Shown here piece by piece: positions 19,361-28,888 of a stretch of 64,000 bases of DNA. Origin of the DNA: Candidatus Latescibacterota bacterium (GTDB taxonomy: Bacteria > Latescibacterota > UBA2968 > UBA8231); NCBI GenBank assembly GCA_965242865.1, contig CBDETK010000013.1:2464001-2528000 (forward strand), written 5' to 3'. The notes below the pieces were generated by a model. It had not been told where the DNA came from, did not search any database, and was given only the letters and a program-made list of their open reading frames with translations. Numbering within the stretch: the first letter of the stretch is position 1; each line of letters begins with the position of its first letter. A program made the translations under genes and the position numbers.

Positions 19361-22300
19361 ATGCACATTGAGAGAGGGAAGAGGCCGGCCGCACTTGGCG
19401 CGGTGCTGGTTTGCGCTTTGCTCGCGCTGCCGGCGTTGGCTGGCAACGGCAAGATCGCCGGCGTGGTACGAGACGATTCCGGGCAGGCATTGCCTAGAGC
19501 CAATGTAGAAGTCGAAGTCGGCGGCGAGCGAATTGGCACTACAGCCGACGATAGGGGGCGTTATTTTTTGCTCAATATCCCCCCCGGCACGTACTCGGTT
19601 GAAGCGAGTTACGTGGGGCACCAGACGGTGCGCCAGACCCAAATCGAGGTCCGCTTGGACCTGACGACGACCGTCGATTTCGAGCTCCAAGTCGAGGCGA
19701 TTGAAGGCGAGACAGTAACAGTGGTCGCCGAAGCACCGCTGGTCGAGCGCTCGCTGACGACTAGCCGGGCGACGATCGGCCGTTCCGAGCTCAACAACAC
19801 CATGCCGGTGGCCGACTTGCAGGATCTGATCAACACGACGCCGAGCGTGTTCCGCGGCTATATCCGCGGCGGGCGCAAGGCCGAGGCCAAAGTGCTCGTC
19901 GATGGGATCGATGTATCGGATACGTACTTCCGCGCCGGCGAAGGCCAAGGCACTTGGAACCCCTATACGGACGTCAAGCGCACCTCGGAGGGCGAATTCA
20001 CCGCGGTCGGCGTCAACGCCAGCAACGTGCAGTCGCTAGACATCATCGCCGGCACCTTCAACGCCGAGTACGACGCGGCTAGCGCGGGCATCGTCAATGT
20101 CGTCACGCGCGAAGGCGGCGACGAGCTAGAAGGGCGGCTGTTTCTCCGCCGCGGCGTCAGCGGCTACAAAAACGCCGGCCCCGAGGTCTATGCCGGCTTA
20201 GTCAACCCCGAGCCGGGCGACGACGGCACCGTTGATGAGACGACCTATTTCGACCGCTACCTACAGGTGCGCGACGACTTACAGGCGTCCGAGGACGAGG
20301 CCGACCAAGCCAAGGCCGAGAACTACTACATTTTTGACCCCGAGCAAGTTACCTACGGCGACAATCCCTCCACGGAGATGGAATTTTCGCTGGGGGGCAA
20401 GCTGCCGTTGCCGCGCACCCACTTTTACTTGACCACGCGCTATCTCAACGACGAGGGACTCTTTCCCAACGCGCTCAATCGCTCGCAACGCTATTCGCTC
20501 AAGCTGACCCACCGCCTCAGCCAGAACATCAAGCTGACGGCCAATGCGATGATCGACGATGGCGGCGAGTTGGGCGGTTGGGTCAACCGCAATTTCAGCG
20601 GCCGCTACGCGTACTTCCCGGCCGGGGCCCTCGGCAACAAAAAGCTGGGGACGATGTCCTATCTGGGGATGAGTCACTCGCTTTCTAACAACACCTTCTA
20701 CGAGGTCAAAATTTCGCAGGTTTCGCGCATGAGCAAATTCGGCTACTCCGACGGCGACGGCGACGGCATCGTCGAGACCAGCGAGAATGGCGACTTCATC
20801 TTCATCGACAGCGCCGAAGAGTCGGAAAAGTACCTAGGCGTTGACGGCTCTGGGGCCGACGCCGACGGCAACTTTACCTTTTTCACCACCAACCCGGGCA
20901 ATTCGCGCAACTTCGACCTGCCCTTTGGCGACAATCAGTACCGCTTGGCGCAAGCCGGCTTCTACTTTGAGGAGCTCAACCGCGACGTGATGCAGGTCAA
21001 GGCCGACATCACCCATCAGTACAACTACCACCATCAGCTCAAGGCCGGCCTGCTCTTCCGCAGCCACACGGTCTCAAACCTCATGCAGCGGACGCAGATT
21101 ACGGTGGGCTATTCCAACCTGCCCTACGAGATCGCCGAATACGAGCGCACCCCGAGCGAGCTCGCCTTTTACGTGCAGGACAAAGTCGAGTACGAGGGCA
21201 TCGTCCTAAACGCCGGCTTGCGGCTCGACAGCTTCAACGCAGACGCCGAGCAATTGGCCGACTTTTTCCGCCCGTCGGAAGAGGCCGAATACACCTACCA
21301 AAGCGGCCAGACCCACACGTACCGCCGCCCGATCCGCGGCGAGGCGGTTGCAACGCGCTGGTACTGGCAGCCGCGGCTGGGAATCTCGCACCCGATCAGC
21401 GAGCAGGCCGCCATGCACTACTCGTGGGGCAAGTTCTACTCGCCGCCGTCGTTTTCGTTCCTCTACGAAGATTACGGCAGCCTCACCAACCCAGCGTGGC
21501 CGAACCTGCCGGATGTCGAGGCGAATCCGACGACGGCCACTGCGTACGAGATGGGCCTGCAGTACAGCTTCGCGCCCGAATACTTGTTCGACGTTACGGC
21601 CTACTACCGCGACATCGAAAACTACGGGCGGCTCGGCTTTACCATCAGCCCGGCCGACGCTGGTTTTGCCAACTACAATCTCAACACCAGCGGCGGGTAC
21701 GCCGACAGCCGCGGCATTGAGCTCGGAGTGGAGCGCCGGTCGCAGAGCAAGATCAACGGCCGCGTCAACTACGCATACAGCTACATCAAGGCGTCGCGCA
21801 ACGGCAATAACTCGACGCCCTTTCCAGACAAAACGTCGTTTTCGGTCAACGCCGCAACCGACGTCCAAGCCTTGGAGACGGCCCTAGCCAACAAGGAGCA
21901 GTTCAACACGTACGAGGCCAATGTCAACGGCGGCGGCAATCCATTGGTCACCGGGTACGACCGCGCCCACCGCCTCGCCGTTACCCTGCTGGCCGAGCTG
22001 CCCGCGCAGGTCGGGTTGACCTTGATCTCAACGGCTGAGAGTGGCTTCAACTACAATGTGACGGCCACCACCGAAGACCCGCGCGAGCGCGAGACCCGGC
22101 AGGCCCCGTGGAACATGCGCACGGACCTGCGGCTCCACCGCGCCCTCGAGTTGGGAGGTTTAGCACTCGGAGCCTTCTTTGAGGTGCGCAATCTCTTCGA
22201 CCGCGAGAACATCCTCACGTGGGACAATCGCAACATCCGCTCTACCTCCAAGTGGGAGGAAGAGGGGGACCCAACTGGCGACCTCAACCGGGCCTTCACC

Positions 22301-22366
22301 GGCCAGAGCCAAGCGATTTACGACATCCCGCGCATGGCCAATTTCGGCGTCACCGTGGATTTCTAG
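19361..22366 (+). CDS. TonB-dependent outer-membrane receptor with N-terminal CarboxypepD_reg-like domain
   Basis: Signal peptide, GKIAGVV...GRYFLLNIPPGTY, plug motif GTFNAEY...GIVNVVTREG, barrel strands, terminal ...GVTVDF; GGAGGG RBS before ATG 19361. Confidence 0.93.
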   Translation: MHIERGKRPAALGAVLVCALLALPALAGNGKIAGVVRDDSGQALPRANVEVEVGGERIGTTADDRGRYFLLNIPPGTYSVEASYVGHQTVRQTQIEVRLDLTTTVDFELQVEAIEGETVTVVAEAPLVERSLTTSRATIGRSELNNTMPVADLQDLINTTPSVFRGYIRGGRKAEAKVLVDGIDVSDTYFRAGEGQGTWNPYTDVKRTSEGEFTAVGVNASNVQSLDIIAGTFNAEYDAASAGIVNVVTREGGDELEGRLFLRRGVSGYKNAGPEVYAGLVNPEPGDDGTVDETTYFDRYLQVRDDLQASEDEADQAKAENYYIFDPEQVTYGDNPSTEMEFSLGGKLPLPRTHFYLTTRYLNDEGLFPNALNRSQRYSLKLTHRLSQNIKLTANAMIDDGGELGGWVNRNFSGRYAYFPAGALGNKKLGTMSYLGMSHSLSNNTFYEVKISQVSRMSKFGYSDGDGDGIVETSENGDFIFIDSAEESEKYLGVDGSGADADGNFTFFTTNPGNSRNFDLPFGDNQYRLAQAGFYFEELNRDVMQVKADITHQYNYHHQLKAGLLFRSHTVSNLMQRTQITVGYSNLPYEIAEYERTPSELAFYVQDKVEYEGIVLNAGLRLDSFNADAEQLADFFRPSEEAEYTYQSGQTHTYRRPIRGEAVATRWYWQPRLGISHPISEQAAMHYSWGKFYSPPSFSFLYEDYGSLTNPAWPNLPDVEANPTTATAYEMGLQYSFAPEYLFDVTAYYRDIENYGRLGFTISPADAGFANYNLNTSGGYADSRGIELGVERRSQSKINGRVNYAYSYIKASRNGNNSTPFPDKTSFSVNAATDVQALETALANKEQFNTYEANVNGGGNPLVTGYDRAHRLAVTLLAELPAQVGLTLISTAESGFNYNVTATTEDPRERETRQAPWNMRTDLRLHRALELGGLALGAFFEVRNLFDRENILTWDNRNIRSTSKWEEEGDPTGDLNRAFTGQSQAIYDIPRMANFGVTVDF

Positions 22367-22379
22367 GAGGACTACTAAG

Positions 22380-24896
22380 ATGGTTAAACGCACGAAGATT
22401 GCGTCCCGGCTGGCGGCCGCGTTGGTGGTCGCCGCGGCCGGGGTGACGGCGGCTCAAGAGGGCGGCGTGTTCACGGCTGGCGATCTGTGGGATTCCTTTT
22501 TTCCCAGCAACGCCGGCTCTTGGTATCGCGAAACAGATGACGACCCGACCGCGCGCTTTACGCTCTTTCGCGTCGGCAACTGGGATCGCCAGTGGACCAC
22601 CCCGACCCAGACCTATCCGGGCGGCGAGAATCTGCACCTGCCTTGGGGTCAAGATTTGCAGATGACCGAGTACAGCCCGGATGAGATCAACATCACCACC
22701 GACAGCAACGCGCCCCGGGCCAAGCAGTACCTGCACGGGTTCTACACCAGCCACTTGGCGGGTGCGGGCGATGCCGAGCGCAACTTTACCAGCCCGGGCG
22801 CGTACTGGGCTGACGACAGCCGCAATGAAATGCGCTACGAGGGCGCGATGCCGACCAACCTCGGCGTGGATGTGCGCTGGCGGATGCGGCAGTTTGCCGC
22901 CAACCACGCCAACCTCAACGACTTCATCGTCGTCGAGTTGGAGTTGACCAACACCGGCGTGCTCGACGCCGATGGCGACGGCACGGCCGAAAAAACCGAC
23001 AACCGCATCCACGCGCTCACCCTGCATCTGCAAAACGAGCCGATCAATTCCATGACCAACCGCAACAATGGTCGTCGCGGTGCGTCGGGGTGGTTTACCG
23101 GCCCGACCTCGGGCTACGACGCCACGCCCGACTCGGACGGTGCGCCTTGGGATGTGCCGGTCGTTTTTACCGGCCCGTCGCCTAGCACGCTCGGGGAGCC
23201 GCATCCGGTCTTTGATACGCCGACCGGCTGGTCGGCCGATGGAGCGCGCCTGCTGGGCGTCACCATGCGCCGGCGGGGATACTACTACGACATTTACAAT
23301 GGGATGCAGTGGATCGCCGCCAAGCAGGGCGCGTTGCCAGCAAGCGGCAGCAGCGCCAGTGCCGAGGACAAGCGCACCATCTACGACAGCCACCCGGTCG
23401 GCGTACAGGCCGAGCGCGGTTGGTTTACCTCGGTGCTCAAAGACGACGGCGGCTTCCGCAATCCGCGCGAGAATCACATCTATGCGATGGCCGCGTTTTT
23501 CGACGGCGAACAAGTCGGCAGCCGCGCTTGGGACAAGGGGGCCGCACTCCAGAACGAGAGCAGCTTGGTGCCCGACCCCAACTGGTTTGATCCCGACCAC
23601 GCGGACATCGTGCCCGGCGACCCACTCTCCTTCGTCAATGCGGTGCGCCCCGAAGGCGAGCGCGGCCAGCCACTGGGCGACATGAAGTACAACAACACGT
23701 TCATCCAAAATTGGGAGATCGATCCCAGCCGTTCGCTAGACGACCAGCCCGACTGGGCGTGGACGCGGGGCTATGCGATTGACCACAACTTCGACGGCAT
23801 GTTGCAGGTGGGCATCGGCCCGTTCTCCTTGGAGGTGGGCGAGACCATCAACTTGGTGCTCGTGGAGTACGCGGGGTTCCGCTTGCAGGGGGCCCGCGCC
23901 GCACGCAGCACGGCGCAATGGGTCTATGAAAACGACTTTGCGGTCCCCTCGCCGCCGCCGACCCCTCACCTCGAAGTAGCGCCCAACACGGACGTCAAAG
24001 TCGATGTCAAGTGGGACGACCGGGCCGAAGCGGCCGCTGATTTTGCTGGCTACAAGGTCTATCGCTCAACTTTGTTCCCCCGGGTCAATTCGCTCGACGT
24101 CGGCTTGCGCATCATCGACCGCTACCACGAGCAGACCGAGGTCAATCCCACGGACGCACAACTGGCGGCCTTTGGCGCCGACAACAATCCCAACATCAGC
24201 TCTGGCGCCTACAGGCCGCAGGAGCCGGCCGCGTGGGGGCCTTATCGGCTGATCGCCCACGTGCCCGCAAGCGAGGTGGGCAACTACCTCAACGACGGCC
24301 CGGACAGCGACGTGTTCAAGTACAAGTTTGCCGACAACAGCGACTTAGTGACCTTTGGCTTCACCTATTACTACTATGTCGCAGCGTACGACGACGAGGC
24401 GGGCGAGATCAACGGCCAGCCCTTTAGCTCGCTGGAGACGCATCGGCACAACTTCAACGGCCGCGATGGGTTGTGGAAAAACACGTACCACTACGCGACC
24501 GCTAGTTCGTTTTTTCCCGCCAGCTTGGAGGGGCAAAAGGCCATTGGTGCGCCGTTTATTCTCAAAGCACCGCTGGCCGCGGCGGGCGACCTCGCAAGCG
24601 GCGCGCTCGCCATTCGCGTGGTGCCCAATCCCTATAAGAAAGGCGCGCTGCACGACACGGGCACTGAGCACAAGATGCTCTTCATCAACCTGCCGACCGG
24701 CACTAAGATCACCATCTTCGATGTGGCTGGGCAGATCATCGATGTGCTCTACTTCGACAGTACCAACCCGTTCGACGGTACGCTGTTTTGGGACATGTTT
24801 TCCAAGGACGGCATTGAGGTAGCCAGCGGGCTATACATCTACGTGGCCGAGTATCCGGGCGGAACCCAGACCGGGCACTTCGCCATTCTGCGCTGA
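22380..24896 (+). CDS. Large secreted protein with FN3-like region and T9SS-like (FlgD/CTD) C-terminal domain
   Basis: Signal peptide; FAGYKVYRS and YYYYVAAYD; C-terminal IRVVPNPY...ITIFDVAGQ...WD...VASGLYIY...FAILR. AGGAGG RBS before ATG 22380. Confidence 0.8.
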   Translation: MVKRTKIASRLAAALVVAAAGVTAAQEGGVFTAGDLWDSFFPSNAGSWYRETDDDPTARFTLFRVGNWDRQWTTPTQTYPGGENLHLPWGQDLQMTEYSPDEINITTDSNAPRAKQYLHGFYTSHLAGAGDAERNFTSPGAYWADDSRNEMRYEGAMPTNLGVDVRWRMRQFAANHANLNDFIVVELELTNTGVLDADGDGTAEKTDNRIHALTLHLQNEPINSMTNRNNGRRGASGWFTGPTSGYDATPDSDGAPWDVPVVFTGPSPSTLGEPHPVFDTPTGWSADGARLLGVTMRRRGYYYDIYNGMQWIAAKQGALPASGSSASAEDKRTIYDSHPVGVQAERGWFTSVLKDDGGFRNPRENHIYAMAAFFDGEQVGSRAWDKGAALQNESSLVPDPNWFDPDHADIVPGDPLSFVNAVRPEGERGQPLGDMKYNNTFIQNWEIDPSRSLDDQPDWAWTRGYAIDHNFDGMLQVGIGPFSLEVGETINLVLVEYAGFRLQGARAARSTAQWVYENDFAVPSPPPTPHLEVAPNTDVKVDVKWDDRAEAAADFAGYKVYRSTLFPRVNSLDVGLRIIDRYHEQTEVNPTDAQLAAFGADNNPNISSGAYRPQEPAAWGPYRLIAHVPASEVGNYLNDGPDSDVFKYKFADNSDLVTFGFTYYYYVAAYDDEAGEINGQPFSSLETHRHNFNGRDGLWKNTYHYATASSFFPASLEGQKAIGAPFILKAPLAAAGDLASGALAIRVVPNPYKKGALHDTGTEHKMLFINLPTGTKITIFDVAGQIIDVLYFDSTNPFDGTLFWDMFSKDGIEVASGLYIYVAEYPGGTQTGHFAILR

Positions 24897-24917
24897 ACCG
24901 AACAGGGAGACTTGAAA

Positions 24918-25949
24918 ATGAAAGCGTTGAAACTCATTGCAGGGCTGGGGTTGGCCCTCTTGCTGGCGCAACCTGGGGTCGCCGATGTGCGCAAGTCTGG
25001 CCTGACCGGTGCCGCTTTTCTCAAGATCGGCGTAGGGGCCAGGCCGGTCGCGCTCGGCTCGGCCTATACGACCCGTGCCGGCGACGTCCATCAGTTGTTT
25101 TGGAACCCAGCCGGTGCGGCCCTGAGCGGCCAAAGCCAAGTGCTGCTCTCGCACAACTCGTGGATCGCGGATTTGTCGCACGACGCCATTGGCTTCGCGC
25201 ACGACATGGGCGATCTAGGCACTGTGGGCCTTGGCGTAGTGACGCTCGGGTTGAGCGACATTGCCGCCGATCGCGACGTGGTGCCGCAATTCGTGCTCGA
25301 TGCGGGAACGTTTGTGCCCAACGACGACGAGTCTTCGGGCACGTACAACTACCGAGATTTGGCCGTGGGCGCGACGTGGGCACGCCACATCACTGACAAA
25401 CTCAACTTGGGGGTGACCGGCAAGATCGTGCGCCAGACCATTGACGGCGTCAGTGCCACTGCGTATGCGGCTGATTTCGGTGCGCTCTACCGCGTTAATT
25501 CGAGGTACACCATTGGCGCTCGGATCAACAATCTCGGCAGCGATCTGAAGTTCTACGACATTGGCGCACCGCTACCGCTGATATTTAGCATTGGCGCGGC
25601 CGCGGCCGTCCTCGACGATCCAGACAGCGGCATGAAGGTCACTTTGCTCGCCGATGCCACTAAGCCGCAAGACGCCGAGCAGCTGCTCTACGCCGCGGCC
25701 GAGGTGGAGCTTTTCGACATGCTCAGCCTCCGCTCCGGGTACAAGCTCAACTACCAAGGCGTAGAGGACGACAAGGTCGATGAGGTCAGCGGCGCGGTCG
25801 TAGCGGCTGGCCGCAGCGAGGAGGGGCTGACGGCTGGGCTGGGCCTTAAATTGGGCATGGCCGGGTACGCCGCGACCGTGGATTACGCCTTTACCTCGTT
25901 TGGCATCCTCGACAGCGTCCACCAGTTCTCCTTGCAACTCAGCTTTTAA
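24918..25949 (+). CDS. PorV/PorQ family (UPF0164) outer-membrane protein
   Basis: AAFLKIGVGARPVALG, FWNPAG and C-terminal DYAF...HQFSLQLSF. Confidence 0.88.
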   Translation: MKALKLIAGLGLALLLAQPGVADVRKSGLTGAAFLKIGVGARPVALGSAYTTRAGDVHQLFWNPAGAALSGQSQVLLSHNSWIADLSHDAIGFAHDMGDLGTVGLGVVTLGLSDIAADRDVVPQFVLDAGTFVPNDDESSGTYNYRDLAVGATWARHITDKLNLGVTGKIVRQTIDGVSATAYAADFGALYRVNSRYTIGARINNLGSDLKFYDIGAPLPLIFSIGAAAAVLDDPDSGMKVTLLADATKPQDAEQLLYAAAEVELFDMLSLRSGYKLNYQGVEDDKVDEVSGAVVAAGRSEEGLTAGLGLKLGMAGYAATVDYAFTSFGILDSVHQFSLQLSF

Positions 25950-25973
25950 GGCTGGGTCGCGATTTGCGTAGAT

Positions 25974-26009
25974 AAAAGCCCTTAGGGCCTCTGGGCCTTG
26001 GGGGCTTTT
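25974..26009. terminator. Intrinsic terminator-like hairpin, possibly bidirectional
   Basis: AAAAGCCCTTAGGGCC-TCT-GGGCCTTGGGGGCTTTT directly after the PorV gene. Confidence 0.7.
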
Positions 26010-26221
26010 GTCGTTGAACGGTATCAACTTAGGTCTAAGGAGGGAGGGACGATATGACGACTAAGCCCGTGCCGCACGAGGCAATCCCCTGCGATCGGCT
26101 GCCGGCAGGGCAGTACCGCGATTTACCGGAGCCGCCCCACTGGCGCAAGCTGGTCGGCCCGAGCATCCTGCTGTTGGGGCTTTCGCTGGGCAGCGGCGAG
26201 TTCGTGCTCTGGCCTTACATA

Positions 26222-27109
26222 ACTAATGGTGCTAGTGTTTTACAATCCGAACTCGGCGATAGACAACGGGACGAATCCGTTTTCATCGGGTTGGAATCCA
26301 TGCCACTGCACCCGCAGATTGAAGGCGGCCATGGCAAAGCTCAGATGGGCGGTGAAATACGCCCACGCTCGATGGGTCTGCTGCTTAAAGCGGCGGGTTC
26401 GGGTGAGCATGGAAAAGATCGTCTCAATGAGCATCCGCTCGTTCCAAGTGTTCCGGGGACACACTTTCAGATTGGCCGGATCGCCCGCTTGGGCATGAAA
26501 GCCCTGGTCGCTGAGGACGATCATCTGCTGTTGGAAGCGTCGGATCATCGGATGAAAGACCGAATCGTGGACTTATGCCGTGTTCCAATCCCAATCGACG
26601 ATCCGCCCCCACTGATTGACGATCATACACAGCTTGCCGCCGACGATCCAACGGTGGTTGGAGAGCCCTTTCTTCCCAATGGCGTGCTGCGCCCGGCCTT
26701 GACGCACCGGATGGCGCAACTCAATGCCATAGCTGTCGACCACTCCCAAGGTCGTCAGCTCGGCGCGGAAGCGGTCGGTCCACTCGGCATGAGCGGCGAA
26801 GAGGCGAAACAAGCGGGGGCGCGATGGTAGGCGCGGGAACCAAGCCTGCCAGTCCCGCACCAGCCAGCGGTAAAATGCCCGTTTACCCCCGCCTTTGAGC
26901 GCATACAACACCCCTAAGGTGACCACCTCACTCGGATATAAGGACGCTTGCGGGTGTTTGGGCACATCAAGCATCTGATTGTCAATGCGGTAGAACAGGG
27001 CTATTATAAACTCGGCCGTGGTCATCAGGACGCTCCGGGGCTGAAAGGTCAGAGATACCCTCAGCGTAGGAACTACCATGACCACGGTCAACATACTAGC
27101 ACCATTGGT
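26222..27109 (-). mobile_element. 888-bp insertion sequence, IS982-family-like, with 6-bp target duplication TACATA
   Basis: Terminal IRs ACTAATGGTGCTAGT / ACTAGCACCATTGGT (5'-AC...GT-3'); TACATA at 26216-26221 and 27110-27115. Confidence 0.9.
26240..27025 (-). pseudogene. IS982-like DDE transposase with an in-frame premature stop
   Basis: MTTAEFIIALFYRID...VVDS...A*VHD...SDQGF...RMLIET; TAA at 26573-26575 replaces the Asn of the usual ANxHD motif. Confidence 0.85.
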
Positions 27110-28439
27110 TACATAACGTACAAGTTCGGCTTTGCGGTGTTCTGGGCCTGCATGGTGGGGGTGCTGACCCAGTATTTCATCAACATGGAGATCGAGCGCT
27201 GGACGCTGGCCACCGGCGAGACCGCGGTGACCGGGTTTTGTCGCCTGTGGTCGGGCTGGGCCGGAGTTTTTCTGGTGTGCAACGTGGTCCCGTGGATGTG
27301 GCCGGGCTGGGCGTCTGGAGCGGCGACTATCTTGACTTGGGAGCTCGGCGGCGACGAGAACACGCGGGTCGGCTATTCGATTGCGAGTTTGTTGGTGGTC
27401 GGGTTGGCGCTGAGTTTGGGGCCGGTGGTGTACCGCACGGTAGAGCGCATCCAAACGGTGCTGATCGCCGCGGTGCTGGTCTTGTTGTTGGTCATTTTCT
27501 TTTTGGTCGTAGAGCCGAGCCACGTGTGGGACTTGTGCAAGGGCATCGTCAATATCGGCTATATCCCCGAGGAAATGGAGTTGCCGCTCTTTTTGGGTGC
27601 TTTGGCCTTTGCCGGGGCTGGCGGGACGATGAACTTGGCGCAGAGCGATTTCGTCCGCGACAAAGGCTATGCCATGGGCGCGTACGTGGGGCGTCTGACT
27701 AGCCCGCTGACTGGCCGGGAAGAGGCCGTGGGTGCTATCGGCTATCACTTCGAGCAGACGCCAGCGAACATGCGACGCTGGCGCGGCTGGTGGCAGGCGG
27801 CCAATCGCGAACACTTGATCACCTTCTACGCGCTCTCGGTCCTGTCGCTGATGCTGCTGTCCCTGATCGCCTACGCCACCACCAGACAGGCACCCGGGCT
27901 GGAACAGGGTTTGGGGTTTATCGGCACGGAGGGCGACTTTATCGCGCAGGAGCGCGGCGGCTTTTTCAAGCATCTCTTCAACTGGATGGGCATTGCCATT
28001 TTGCTGACGACCGAGTTGGGGCTGTTGGACGCCTGCGCTCGCATCTCCACCGACATTATCAAGACCAACTGGCTGCGCACCCACGCCCGATGGACGCGGA
28101 ATCGGCTCTACTTCCTCCTGCTGTGGGCGCAGATCCTCTTAGGCATCCTGATCATGCTCTCGGATTACAACAAGCCGGTGCAGTTGTTGGTCTTGAGTGC
28201 CTCGCTCAACGCAGGGGTTATGCTGCTGTATTCGGTGTTGCTGTTGTGGCAGAACAATCGCGTGCTCAAGGGGGCGCTGGCTATGCACCCGGTGCGCTTT
28301 GTGGCCTTGCTGTGGGCTTGTGCGTTCTTTGGCTATTTCGCGTTTGTCACGCTGCGGGAGCAGGTGCCGAAGCTCTGGGGGTGAGGGTATGCGGAGGGCA
28401 TGTTTCGCTTGACAGAGGTATATGTCGTGGGAAGCATCT

Positions 28440-28544
28440 TTGTCATTCTGAGCGTAGCGAAGAATCTCTTTTAGGTTCGGTGGTTTTGTAGTCTGGTGAG
28501 GTATGAGATGCTTCGTCAGCCTGGCGGCTTCCTCAGCATGACAA
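28440..28544. repeat. Inverted REP doublet (REPIN-like), TGTCATTC-tagged
   Basis: Left arm TTGTCATTCTGAGCGTAGCGAAGAATCTC (28440-28468) pairs with right arm GAGATGCTTCG...CTCAGCATGACAA (28505-28544). Confidence 0.75.
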
Positions 28545-28563
28545 GAGTAGAATGTGAGACGAG

Positions 28564-28857
28564 ATGGTAATGAAAGAATACTTCGTCTATATCATGACAA
28601 ATCGCTCAGGAACCCTCTATATAGGTGTTACCAACAATCTACAAAGAAGAATCTATGAACATAAACGCAAGCTCGTTCTAGGTTTCACAAGCAAATACAA
28701 CATCAATAGGCTGATATACTTTGAAGCGACATCCGACATCCTTGAAGCCATATCAAGAGAGAAACAGCTAAAGGGATGGGCGCGAAAGAAAAAACTCGAT
28801 CTGATAAGAACCACCAATCCAACGTTCGCCGATCTGTCTGAGGATTGGTATTGCTAA
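28564..28857 (+). CDS. Small GIY-YIG nuclease (UPF0213/YhbQ-like)
   Basis: YFVYIM...LYIGVTNNLQRRIYEHK...AISREKQLKGW; visibly AT-rich compared with its flanks. Confidence 0.93.
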   Translation: MVMKEYFVYIMTNRSGTLYIGVTNNLQRRIYEHKRKLVLGFTSKYNINRLIYFEATSDILEAISREKQLKGWARKKKLDLIRTTNPTFADLSEDWYC

Positions 28858-28888
28858 CGGCAGAAAATTTTGGAAAAGGCAATGGCAA

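Larger units (their letters stand above)
26054..28384 (+). pseudogene. Nramp-family-like transporter gene interrupted by an IS
   Basis: 5' part VGPSILLLGLSLGSGEFVLWPYI and 3' part TYKFGFAVFWA...EIERWTLATGET rejoin in frame once 26222-27115 is removed. Confidence 0.88.

Noticed and set aside
26054-28084. ORFs 26054..26830 (+) and 26573..28084 (-) as real proteins
   Set aside because: Chimeras created by the IS insertion: transporter N-terminus plus IS antisense, and transporter antisense plus transposase.
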